Shown here: positions 26,000-38,053 of the stretch, in pieces
Position numbering within the stretch: position 1 is the first letter of the stretch
Layout: each line of letters begins with the position of its first letter
NCBI RefSeq assembly: GCF_006345805.1
Contig: NC_042997.1
Span: forward strand, 160,146,001 to 160,210,000
Source: Octopus sinensis
Lineage: Eukaryota
DNA: 64,000 nucleotides
Reading direction: 5' to 3'
Notes under the pieces: model-generated
Databases searched by the model: none
Seen by the model: only the letters and a program-made list of their open reading frames with translations
Told to the model about the DNA's origin: nothing
Translations under genes and position numbers: made by a program

Positions 26000-27160
26000 T
26001 AAGAAGAAACTATATATTCACCAAAATCTGCACATACGTGTATCAATAATTTCAAATTCTTGAAATCTAGAACCTAAGGAATATAATATAAATATAATAA
26101 TCCTAAAGCCAGGAAATGTTGGGGTCTCTCCTTTCTGGTTGCTGCAAAAGTTGGAAAGCTTAATTGAGCAAATTTCAACTGTCAAGATGCTCGTCGGTAG
26201 ATATTAACGAGTGCATCCAATAATTTCCAGTTTGCTTTTTTTTTTATTGTTCTAATTTTTGTTGTTGTTTTTCCTCAGGTCTTCCTGTTCGTGCAGTCTT
26301 ATTGCATAAATATTCTCGAACGACGAAGCATAGGTCAGAGAGCAATCTTTTCAGTACTTCATCTCCATCCAGCTGAGATCTATACTGCTCATCCCGACAT
26401 GTGGTGCTGAATCGTATGGATAGTAAGGTGACACTCAGGCTATGTTGCAATGTCTCTATTGCCCGGTAATTTCTGTAAGCCTATAGATTTTAGTAGTGGT
26501 TACAGCGTGGGCAAGCTAAGAAGACTCCGTTATAGCATTTTACTTGTTATGCATCTGCGGTTAATGTTGTCGCGTGCATTTCAGCGCATTGTCGGCTACT
26601 AAAGTTATGAATATTTTCTGAGGGTATATGTCTTTATGTTTAGCACGACTGATTATGAGAGACAGTGTTTTAAAACGTTGTCGCGCTACGTTCTCTGAGG
26701 TGTTGGATATATTGTTGTTTGTAAGTTATTTGTCGTGCATTAAAAGGATCACAGGCAGCTGAAGTTTTCTACGGCAACAAAGTATGTCTCACACACGTCC
26801 AAATAATGTTTCATTTTTAATGTTTTATTTCCTTGTGTATTGAATCTCGGAATACAGTCTGTGTACAACTCGTTATAGTGCAGATAGCGCTGTTCTGTAT
26901 CTTCGCAAAATACGTGAGAGTTTTTGTGGAAGTGTTGGAGCTCAGAGAGGACTACCGTAATCCATGACGGGTCAAATGAAATATTTTTACATCGTTGCTG
27001 TTATTTCTTCTGTTATCCAACCGTATTAATTGGTAAATATATTTCTAATCTGTTTTGATTTTTTTACTATGTATTCTGGGTACGTTATGAATGTTCTAAA
27101 GAAGCTGAATGTAATCCGTAATTTTACCTTCCCTGTTTCTATGTAATGTTTAGATTGCTA
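26000..27160 (-). repeat. Unclassified interspersed repeat, copy 2 (see 15745-16620)
   Basis: Colinear similarity with 15745-16620. Confidence 0.65.
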
Positions 27161-27568
27161 AGTGCAATTGCTGACCGTATTTGAGGATGATTTTTAGTAT
27201 TGCTGGTAAAAAAGGAATTAGTGCATTTGGTAGGTGCTACTTTAAATTTTATTTTATGATTTTATTTTTCTAAGTAATTTAAGCAAGGTTACGACACTGC
27301 TCTTACCAATTCCAACCAAACATACAATAATAATAATAATAATAGGAATAGTATTGATAATAGCAACATTCATAGCAGCGTTGGCATTAACAATAGTAAT
27401 ATTAATAATAGTAGTCGGATTATTAACAGTGGTAGTGTTAGTGGTAATAACGACAGCATTTCTAATAACAGTGGTAGTATTGATGATAACAACCCCAGCA
27501 TTCCTATAGTCAGGGAAATTGCCGACGATAGTACAATTAATAGTAATGATAATAATAGGAATAGTATT

Positions 27569-28048
27569 GTGGTCAATGCTAGCAATAATATTAACAGCAA
27601 TCATAACAATAAAAACTCCGTCTTCGTCTCGGAGGTAAACCCTAAAAGATTAAAGTTCTTATCCAGCAATTCCAAAATTAGAAATTCCATTTACCAGTAT
27701 AAAATTTCTTCCGGTACCGATGTCTTCTTCTACATTGGGGCAACTACTTCTAAATTAGCCCAGAGGATCTCCAATCATTATTCAACTTTCCGAGATAAGA
27801 GAAAACAACAAAGCACAGGACTAAGTAAATTAGTATGGCGTCTTAAGGACAGCAATACAACTTTCAAGCTGGAATGGTCCATATTGTCTGCATCCTTTCC
27901 GTTTGATAAGAGCAGAAAATTTTGTGGCGTCTGTAATTCCGAACTTTTCCATATATTGTTCGCCAAAGTCCCTTTAATAAATACAATGGTCGAAAAATCC
28001 TATAGGTGCATGCACTGGCAGAAACACACGTTTCACTCATATGAATGA
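27569..28048 (+). mobile_element. Penelope-like GIY-YIG endonuclease, 5'-truncated 3' end of the element
   Basis: SIYQYKI...FYIGATTSKLAQRISNHYSTFR...STGLSKLVWRLK...WSIL...CGVCNSE. Confidence 0.85.
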
Positions 28049-28606
28049 TTATTAATATAGTTAACCTCCTTGAATTTTAATAATTTAGTTCCATTTATAC
28101 ATCACCCCCGTAGTCAATTTTTATACTCATAAAGGACTACTACCCAATACATTGAGGTATGTTTTACCTTTGTCTCTCTACCTCGCCCTCCTCTCTCTCT
28201 CTTTCCCTCTCTCTATCGTAAGCCCAATCAAACACACAGACACAAACCTGTCACTTCACCACTGTTTGTTTTTGGCATCTACCCAACCACACACACAATC
28301 ACGCACACACATACACACACATAGACATGAATGCAGTTATATACGTACACAGACATAGGAACTCAATCACAAAAGAAAACAACAACAAATCACCATTCAT
28401 ATGTCTTGCACCCTGTCACCTTCCTATTCTTAGACCTCTCTCCTCCAACCTTGTTTGAACCCTTAAACCTTCTAGAATCTTCTACATTCAACCAGTTTTG
28501 ACGTCACTGCTTATAACGGAATATTTTAAAGAAACACTCATTATCGCTATGGGCTCCGTGTGGGCAGTCATCTAAAAGTTTTTGTTCATCTTGATGCTGA
28601 CATAAG

Positions 28607-28705
28607 TTCCTTGTTTTTCCTGATGAGAAGGCGGCATAATGCACCCCTTATTCCTTCGAAATTAGGAATATGCAGCCTTCGAAACATATGTCGAGAATAA
28701 AGGAA
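28607..28705 (+). ncRNA. Type-I hammerhead ribozyme with minimal stem III, core intact
   Basis: Stem I TTCCTTGTTTTTC/GAGAATAAAGGAA (13 bp, 2 mismatches); CTGATGA 28620-28626; stem II GAAGGC/GCCTTC; GAAAC 28681-28685; palindromic ATAT loop; GTC 28690-28692. Confidence 0.85.
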
Positions 28706-28927
28706 TTTTGTTAATTCGTCATTCAACTCCATTCTTTCATTTATATATATGTATGTAGATATATATACGGGTGTGTGTGATTGTGTATAAAAGAATATAT
28801 TCATAAAAGGAATTCCAACTTTGTCTGATTTTCACGTTTTATTTACAATCTTATAATGATATAATATAAGATAATATAATATAATAAAATAAAATAAAAT
28901 AATAGAATGTTAAATGTTCATTATGAT

Positions 28928-28972
28928 TGAACTAGTACTTTCATGCATTAAATTCTGCAATCGTCAGGTTCA
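28928..28972 (-). ncRNA. Type-I minimal hammerhead ribozyme, near intact
   Basis: Minus strand TGAAC-CTGACGA-TTGCA gaatttaa TGCAT-GAAA-GTAC-TA-GTTCA: 5-bp stem I, one U-U mismatch closing stem II, palindromic AGTACT, CUA cleavage triplet. Confidence 0.7.
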
Positions 28973-29399
28973 TGTAGTAGTGGTGACAGTCATGCTTCAC
29001 AATTTTTGACTGTAGCGAGATGATTAAATCTGTGCCTTAAATACAGCTGTGTAGACTCCAGATTGCTAGGTTTTGCAAACTGTATTCTGACCAATCAGTG
29101 TGTAGTATCACTCAATTACTTAAGCTGATTGGTTGGTTGAGCTGATTCGTTTAGGCGTCACGCTTTGTTGAACATGTCAAGAGTCCTGTATCTTAACCCT
29201 AGCCGAGGCAGCAATTGTTGGGCTATTTTTAGAAATGTTGTAAATAGCCTTTGTCAGAGATTTTTATATTCTTATATTTCAATTGTCATCATCATCATTG
29301 TCAGCACCTTAATTATTGTTGCTAGTGGTGATGGTGGTGGCAATAGAACTTTTAACCCTAAATAAGATAATTTTCCTGCTAAGTATTATTATTATTGCT

Positions 29400-32300
29400 T
29401 ATTTAGCTTGGGTTCAAATTTATCAATAAAATTCTTTTCTCTGATTTTCCTCTCGATTTCACTTGGGCTGTGTAATTTGTAGAATGGAAATGTTATATAT
29501 ATTTTCCGACCACATGTTGCCAGGTGGTTACTCAAAGGTATCTGACGGACCTCTGGGTCTCTAATCTGTTGTCGGTGTACACGTGAGCGTTCTGATAGTG
29601 CATTTCCCGTCTGGCCTGCATATGTTTCTTCACAATTTGGGCATTTGATGCAGTAAATTTAATTTCTGCTTTTGCAGTTCGTATTCGCGTTTGTGAATAT
29701 TTTCCCGGTTTTTGTGTTTATATATTGGCCGGTGTGTTTGAATTGGCATGTACCAAATCGGCTATCATTGCATTTAGATACAGTGAGTGTTTGGTCTTTG
29801 TTGCTAAGGTCAAATTTTGCCTTTGTTAGTAATTTTTTCAAGTTTTTAGGCTGTCTTTTACTAAGAACCATAGCTCGATCCGTGATTATGTCTTTTAATT
29901 CATTACTTTGAGCAATGATTGGTAGGTTTGCTTTGGCAATGTTGAAGATATTCTGGTGACATGGGTTGTATGTCACTATGAATGGTATGACTTGTTCTTG
30001 TTTTCCTCTTCCTTGGGTTGTCCTAAGTTGTTGTATGGGTATTTTTATAGCCCGCTGTATGCCATTTTCTATAAGTAGAGATGGTATTTTTGTTTGAGCA
30101 AAAATTCTTTTAGTTCTGTTAGGCGTTTGTTCCTGTTATTTGCATCTTCTATAATGGTACAAATTCTTCTGGCAAGCAGTATGGAATATTGCGTTTTGTA
30201 TATGGTGGATGGCACGACTTAAAATTTAGGTATTGATGTGTGTCAGTGTGTTTATAGTTATATCTGTGGTGATGGTGGTGTCTTTTTTAATTACCATTAT
30301 ATCTAGGAAGGGTAATTTGGTACTACTCATCTCCTTTGTAAATTGGAGAGATGGGTGTAGGTTGTTCAGGAGGATATTGAACTCTTCCAGAGTATTTAGA
30401 GATTCTGTCCAGATTATGAAGCAGTCGTCAAGGTATCTCTTCCATGCCTTTTCAATATACTTTCTAAATCCAGTGCCATAGTTTACCTCCACCTCTTGTT
30501 AGAGTTGTTGTTCTAAGTATCCCATTACTGAGTTGGCGTAAACGGGAGCAAACCTCTAATTTGGATGTAATTCTTTCCATTGAAGAAGAATGTGTTGTTT
30601 TCTAGAATAAGTTTGACTGTGGCTAATATAAATGGCACTGTGAATCTGCTGGGAATCACTTCTCTATGTTTTTCTAATCAGTATTTAATCGCCTTTATTC
30701 CTAAATCGTGTGGAATATTGGTGTAGAGGCTTACCACATCAAAACTTAGTAAAACTGAATTTGTTTCTGTTGTTTTGGGAAGATGGGGTATGTAAGTACA
30801 TAGTGGTTGAAAACAAAACAATGTCAATAAAATTGCTTAGACAGTGGATAGGGCATGCTGGACCAGCTATAATAGGTCTAAGTTTTAGGTCTTTTGGTAA
30901 TTTTATGTACTCACTTTCTTGCTCTTTTACTGCCTGTTGAATATCTTTTGATTTATGTATTTTCGGAAAGCAGTAGAAGTTGCTGGGTTTTGGTTCGAAA
31001 TTGTTGATGTAGTCTCTTTCATTATCGGTAAGTGAGTTGTAGTGTTTTGAGATCAGGTTGTTGATCTTTTTCACGATGTGGTGGTCTATATGTGAGGGTA
31101 TTTCACAGTAGAAGGTTGTGTCCTTCAGTTGGTCCTCAACCAAATCCTTATAGTATTCGGTACCCATAACAATTGCACCACCTTTATCTGCTTGTTTAAT
31201 TATTATTGTTTGATCGTTTTGTATACGTTTACATGCAGACATCTCTGATTTGTTAATGTTTGGCCTAACATTGGTATTGCGTCTAAGGGGAAATTTAGAC
31301 AGGATATCAATGTATTGGTCAAGGTAGTTATTTCTTCCTTTTGGTGGGGTGAAATTTGATTTATTCCTTACTAGGGATTCATCAATCTCATTACTTTTGT
31401 TAGCGAAGAATTCTACAAGTCGTAATTTTCGACATAACTTTTGGATATCCTCCTTTAATTCTTGGTGGTTGGCTGTTGGTGTAGGTATGAATTTCAGTCC
31501 TTTTGACAGAAGTTGGATGTCATCATTGTCAAGATCTCTTTTTGATAAATTAATTATTTTAGGATCTATACGTTCAGTTGTTTTGGGTATGTTTCCTCTT
31601 GGATTTTTTCTTTCTCCGGTGTTTGTTGACCTGACGTAAAAAAATAAATTTTTTTCTGTTTATGATTTATATTCCAGTTGAGGTTTGCTTGATGAATTTT
31701 GCGTTTTGGTTGTGGTATTTTACTTGGTTTCGTTATGTTTTCTGTCTTGTTTTTGGTATTATGTATACTACTTTTCAATTTCTTGTTAGTATTGTTTTTA
31801 ACCACCTGGGGATATGATCTGGGTTTACTTCCAGATCTAGATCGGTTTTTTGTCCGGTTTCTTGTGGGTAATCTCTGTTGAGGTCTTGAAAATGATCTCC
31901 TGTTATTTCTACTGCTAATGGTCTGATCAAAAGAATATCTATTTTGTTTGTGCTTTATGTTCATGTTGTGTGCATTAGGGTGTTTGCATACAAAAAAGGG
32001 AAAAGTTCTTACCGTAGTTCGTCTTCGATTCGTGGTGAAACGGGTATTCATGTTGCCACGTGTTCTGGCGTATATTGCGTTGGTGAGGTTGTCCACTTTT
32101 AATGCTATTTCTCAGAGTTCTGGTGTCTTTACCGTAATTTGTAGCATATTTGTCGAGAAATAATTGTTTCCGCTGCCAAAACTTTCTTGATCTGCTTTCT
32201 TCTTTTGAGGTATCTCTGGTCCATAGTCCTCGCATTTTTTCTGCTATATTGCCGGTCGTTAGTTTGGATATTTCGTCTCTGATTTGATCATCGATAGCTT

Positions 32301-32500
32301 CGTATTTGGCTTTGTAGCGGGATTGTTTAGACAGGGTAATGGAGATGTCGGTCCTGAAGTTTTGTTTCTTCCTCTGGTTCTCCTGCAATTTCATTAATTG
32401 GGTACTTCCGAGGAAGTATGGGTGCCGCTAAAGACATCCATTCCGAATGTATTTCAGCATATTTTTCGCATTTATATGTCTTCCAGAAGTTTTGTTTTCT
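29400..32500 (-). mobile_element. Near full-length Penelope-like retroelement (N-terminal region, RT, GIY-YIG), frameshifted
   Basis: IIIKQADKGGAIV, NFYCFPKIHK, LRPIIAG, WKRYLDDCFIIW, LPFLDIMV, RQPKNLKKLL, YAGQTGNALSER. Confidence 0.9.
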
Positions 32501-32521
32501 CATGTTAAGGAGTTTTTTCCA

Positions 32522-32669
32522 TGTCTTACTGCAAAGTGAAAATATTTGCTGATGACACTAAGCTCCAGCAAATCATCAATGAAGACGTAGACCGAACACA
32601 ACTCCAGTCTGATCTATATGCTGTGAGTCAATGGGCAGACAGAAACACAATGCAACTGAACGACGGAAA

Positions 32670-32670
<1 letters not shown>
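32522..32670 (+). mobile_element. Short RT fragment of CR1/L2-like family 2
   Basis: [34 protein letters not shown]; closely similar to the reverse complement of ~38890-39045. Confidence 0.8.
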
Positions 32671-33063
<393 letters not shown>

Positions 33064-33537
33064 CTTATTATAATCTTATTATAAAAGGCAGATTTTATCT
33101 GCCTCCCTTTGTCACTTATAGAAATCTACAATATAGGATTTCTTCAATTACAATTTACCTAGCATTTTTAAGAGTAGAATGCATCGGGTTTTGCCAGGTC
33201 CACTTTTTAAAATTTCAACCCCAATTAAGCAAAATTTACAGAAAACTCACATTCTGGTGTATAAGTCAAATGCTTCTCTTAGTGTGGTTTACACCACACG
33301 CAAACGCACACACACAGTGTGCAACGAATAAAATGAAAGTAATTCACTTTCTGCAGTGAGTGACTCTTTCACACTGCCTCCCACTTCCTTTTTACACACA
33401 TAGACACGCAAATATATAAATAAAATTGTCAGCTAACGTGCGTGTGTGTGAGTGTGTGTGTGTGTGTGTGTGTGCGTGTGTGTGTGTGTGAGGGTGCGTG
33501 TGTGTGTGTGTGTGCGTGTGCGTGAGTGTGTGACAGG

Positions 33538-34856
33538 AAAGTTTTTTAGGAAGAATATAAGACCTATATCCAAGTAGCAGAAAGATCGCCCAAAAGTGTA
33601 TATAGATATTTAAATATATTTATATATTCATCTATACACAGATGTATGTATAATGTGTGTGTATATATTTCCATAGAGGTAACATTTCACTCCATACAAA
33701 GTTTTTTAGGACGAATATAAGACCTATATCCAAGTAGCAGAAAGATCGCCCAAAAGTGTATATAGATATTTAAATGTATTTATATATTCATCTATACACA
33801 GATGTATGTATAATGTGTGTGTATATATTTCCATACAGGTAACCTTTCACTCCATACAAAGTTTTTTAGGACGAATATAAGATCTAAAGTATATACAAGT
33901 AGCAGAAAGATCGCCCAAAAGTGTATATAGATATTTAAATGTATTTATATATTCATCTATACACAAATGTATGTATAATGTGTGTGTGTATTTATTTCCA
34001 TAGAGGTAACCTTTCACTCCATACAAAGTTTTTTAGGACGAATATAAGACCTATATCTAAGTAGCAGAAAGATCGCCCAAAAGTGTATATAGATATTTAA
34101 ATGTATTTATATATTCATCTATACACAGATGTATGTATAATGTGTGTGTATATATTTCCATAGAGGTAACCTTTCACTCCATACAAAGTTTTTTAGGACG
34201 AATATAAGACCTATATCCAAGTAGCAGAAAGATCGCCCAAAAGTGTATATAGATATTTAAATGTATTTATATATTCATCTATACACAGATGTATGTATAA
34301 TGTGTGTGTATATATTTCCATACAGGTAACCTTTCACTCCATACAAAGTTTTTTAGGACGAATATAAGACCTATATCCAAGTAGCAGAAAGATCGCCCAA
34401 AAGTGTATATAGATATTTAAATGTATTTATATATTCATCTATACACAGATGTATGTATAAGGTGTGTGTATATATTTCCATAGAGGTAACCTTTCACTCC
34501 ATACAATGTTTTTTAGGACGAATATAAGATCTAAAGTATATACAACTAGCAGAAAGATCGCCCAAAAGTGTATATAGTTATTTAAATGTATTTATATATT
34601 CATCTATACACAGATGTATGTATAATGTGTCTGTATATATTTCCATAGAGGTAACCTTTCACTCCGCACAAAGTTTTTTTAGGACGAAAATAAGATCTAA
34701 AGTTATCTCTAAGTAGCACAAAGATCGCCCAAAAGTGTATATAGATATTTAAATGTATTTATATATTCATCTATACACACATGTATGTATAATGTGCGTG
34801 TATATATTTCCATAGAGGTAACCATTCAATCCATACAAAGTTTTTTAGGACGAAAA
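33538..34856 (+). repeat. ~160-167 bp tandem satellite, 8 full units, inside the Helitron
   Basis: GTTTTTTAGG recurs at 33541, 33701, 33861, 34028, 34188, 34348, 34508, 34673 and 34840. Confidence 0.95.
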
Positions 34857-35105
34857 TATTTATATATAAAAGAAAGGTTGTGTGTCTGTCTACTCCGATT
34901 TAGATTCCTAACTACTCCCACATTTTGCGATGCAGTTTAACCAAAACCGGGTATCTTATAGTCGTGATTCATATCGAGCCCTTCTGGGTATTAGCGCGCG
35001 TCTACGATGAGTCTATGAATTTACAAATAATTTACCATCATTCTTTTCCATTTTAATGCATATTTTTTTTTAATAAAGGGAGTAACTCTCAAACTTCACA
35101 CCAAT

Positions 35106-35627
35106 ATGCGTGCTCATATGCGACGTAATATCACATCAGCAGCATTTCCTCACACCCTCCTTGCACTTGGCGAAGGCAAAATACCAGGGGATGAAAATGG
35201 TAATATTGCCATCGATTCCATTTGTACCATTGTTAAGACGCCTTCTGATCTCAGAGATGCAGTGTTCCAAGATCTACAAGCTAATTATCAGAATATGGAT
35301 TGGATTGGCCAAAAGGGTATACTGGCCCCGAGGAATAAAACTGTTCACCATATTAATGATGAAATGCTAAAACTCATTCCTGGGGAAGTCTATGTATATC
35401 AGTCTATCGATACAACTCCTGACCCAGAGGACGTCATCAACTATCCAATAGAGGTATTCAATTCCTTTGAGCACCCCGGACTACCACCACACTTTCTCAA
35501 ACTTAAAGTTGGTGCCCCTATAATGCTCATCAGAAATTTGGTTCCCCCAAAACAATGCAATGGCACACGTTTGATCGTTAAGTCCTTATCTCCCACCGTA
35601 AACTTATATCAATATTTGCCTGAATAA
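35106..35627 (+). pseudogene. Helitron PIF1-like helicase internal fragment (173 aa), copy 1
   Basis: ILAPRNKTV..IN, YPIEVFNS..PGLPPH.L.LKVGAPIMLIRNL...CNGTRLIV; lacks the Walker A/B motifs. Confidence 0.85.
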
Positions 35628-35703
35628 TCATCATAATTCAGTGCAATCATTAACAGTACTTTCAAGCAATTCAGCCCCGAGCAACGCCGGGCAATTCTGC
35701 TAG

Positions 35704-37943
35704 TCTTATTATAAAAGGCAGATTTTATCTGCCTCCCTTTGTCTCTTATAGAAATCTACAATATAGGATTTCTTCAATTACAATTTACCTAGCATTTTTA
35801 AGAGTAGAATGCATCGGGTCGTGCCAGGTCCAGTTTTTCAAATTTCAACCCTAATTAAGCAAAATTTAGAGAAAACTCACATTGTGGTGTGTAAGTGAAG
35901 TGCTTTTCTTAGTGTGGGCTACAGCACACGCACACACACACAAACGGAGCGAACTGCTTCACTGATGCTATCACCCTAATTTCTCCTCCTTTCTCTTTGC
36001 AAGTGTGCAACGATTAAAATGAAAATATTTATATAAAACGAGAGAAGTGTACCTTAAACCACTACTCAAAAAAAAACAACAACACAGCAAACAGAAACAA
36101 ATAAATACATAACGATTTACTAAAAACACAATTTCTTCAATTAGAGTTTACCTATGATTTTTCAAAGTACTTCCATTCGGTCATGGCATACAAAATTTCT
36201 TTCAATTTCACCCCCATTTCAGAAAAATTCGAGAAAACTAAATATTTTACCATTTCACTCTGCATATTACTCCCACTTCCTCTTTACACACGTAGAAACG
36301 CAAATATATAAATAAAATTGTAAGCTAACGTGTGTGTGTGTGCGTGTGTGTGAGTGTGTGTGTGTGTGTGCGTCTGTGTGTGTGAGGGTGCGTGTGTGTC
36401 TGTGTGTGTGTGTGCGTGTGTGTGAGTGTGTGACAGGGATGAGCAAGTCAAACTGGTCATTCTTTTTGCTAGATCACCTAACATCTAAAGTTATCTCTAA
36501 GTAGCAGTCGCCCAAAAGTGTATATAGACACACACATGTATGTATAATGTGTGTGTATATATTTCCATAGAGGTAACCATTCACTCCATACAAAGTTATT
36601 TAGGACGAATTGGACGAATATAAGATCTAAAGTATATCCAAGTAGCAGAAAGATCGCCCAAAAGTGTATATACATATTTAAATGTATTTATATATTCATC
36701 TATACACACATGTATGTATAATGTGTGTGTATATATTTCCATAGAGGTAACCATTCACTCCGCACAATGTGTTTTAGGACGAAAATAACATCTAAAGTTA
36801 TCTCTAAGTAGCAGTCGCCCAAAAGTGTATATAGACACACACAGGTATGTATAATGTGTGTGTATATATTTCCATAGAGGTAACCATTCACTCCATACAA
36901 AGTTTTTTTAGGACGAATTGGACGAATATAAGATCTAAAGTATATCCAAGTAGCAGAAAGATCGCCCAAAAGTGTATATACATATTTAAATGTATTTATA
37001 TATTCATCTATACACACATGTATGTATAATGTGTGTGTATATATTTCCATAGAGGTAACCATTCACTCCGCACAAAGTTTTTTAGGACGGACGAAAATCT
37101 TTATATATAAAAGAAAGATTGTGTGTCTGTCTACTCCGATTTAGATTCCTAACTACTCCCACATTTTGCGATGCAGTTTAACCAAAACCGAGTATCTTAT
37201 AGTCGTGATTCATATCGAGCTCTTCTGCGTATTAGCGCGCGTCTACGATGAGTCTACGATTTTACAAATAATTTACCATCATTTTTTTCCATTTTAATGC
37301 ATATTTTTTTTAATAAAGGGAAGTAACTCTCAAACTTCACACCAATATGCGTGCTCATATGCGACGTAATATCACATCAGCAGCATTTCCTCACACCCTC
37401 CTTGCACTTGGCGAAGGCAAAATACCAGGGGATGAAAATGGTAATATTGCCATCGATTCCATTTGTACCATTGTTAAGACGCCTTCTGATCTCAGAGATG
37501 CAGTGTTCCAAGATCTACAAGCTAATTATCAGAATATGGATTGGATTGGCCAAAAGGGTATACTGGCCCCGAGGAATAAAACTGTTCACCATATTAATGA
37601 TGAAATGCTAAAACTCATTCCTGGGGAAGTCTATGTATATCAGTCTATCGATACAACTCCTGACCCAGAGGACGTCATCAACTATCCAATAGAGGTACTC
37701 AATTCCTTTGAGCACCCCGGACTACCACCACACTTTCTCAAACTTAAAGTTGGTGCCCCTATAATGCTCATCAGAAATTTGGTTCCCCCAAAACAATGCA
37801 ATGGCACACGTTTGATCGTTAAGTCCTTATCACCCACCGTAAACTTATATCAATATTTGCCTGAATAATCATCATAATTCAGTGCAATCATTAACAGTAC
37901 TTTCAAGCAATTCAGCCCCGAGCAACGCCGGGCAATTCTGCTA

Positions 37944-37944
<1 letters not shown>
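35704..37944 (+). mobile_element. Non-autonomous composite Helitron, unit 2, head-to-tail with unit 1
   Basis: Begins TCTTATTATAAAAGGCAG directly after the CTAG; shorter satellite (~36480-37090); 847-bp module 37098-37944 ending CTAG|T. Confidence 0.85.
37347..37868 (+). pseudogene. Helitron PIF1-like helicase fragment, copy 2
   Basis: Identical to copy 1 except VFN vs VLN. Confidence 0.85.
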
Positions 37945-38029
<85 letters not shown>

Positions 38030-38053
38030 GTATGTATGTATATATATATATAT

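Larger units (their letters stand above)
33063..35703 (+). mobile_element. Non-autonomous composite Helitron, unit 1
   Basis: Starts A|TCTTATTATAA; contains a satellite and an 847-bp module (34857-35703); ends with hairpin CCCGAGCAACGCCGGG and CTAG (35700-35703). Confidence 0.85.

Noticed and set aside
33538-34856. Regular repeat array as a possible CRISPR
   Set aside because: The units are contiguous ~160-bp monomers with no unique spacers, there are no cas genes, and the context is eukaryotic.
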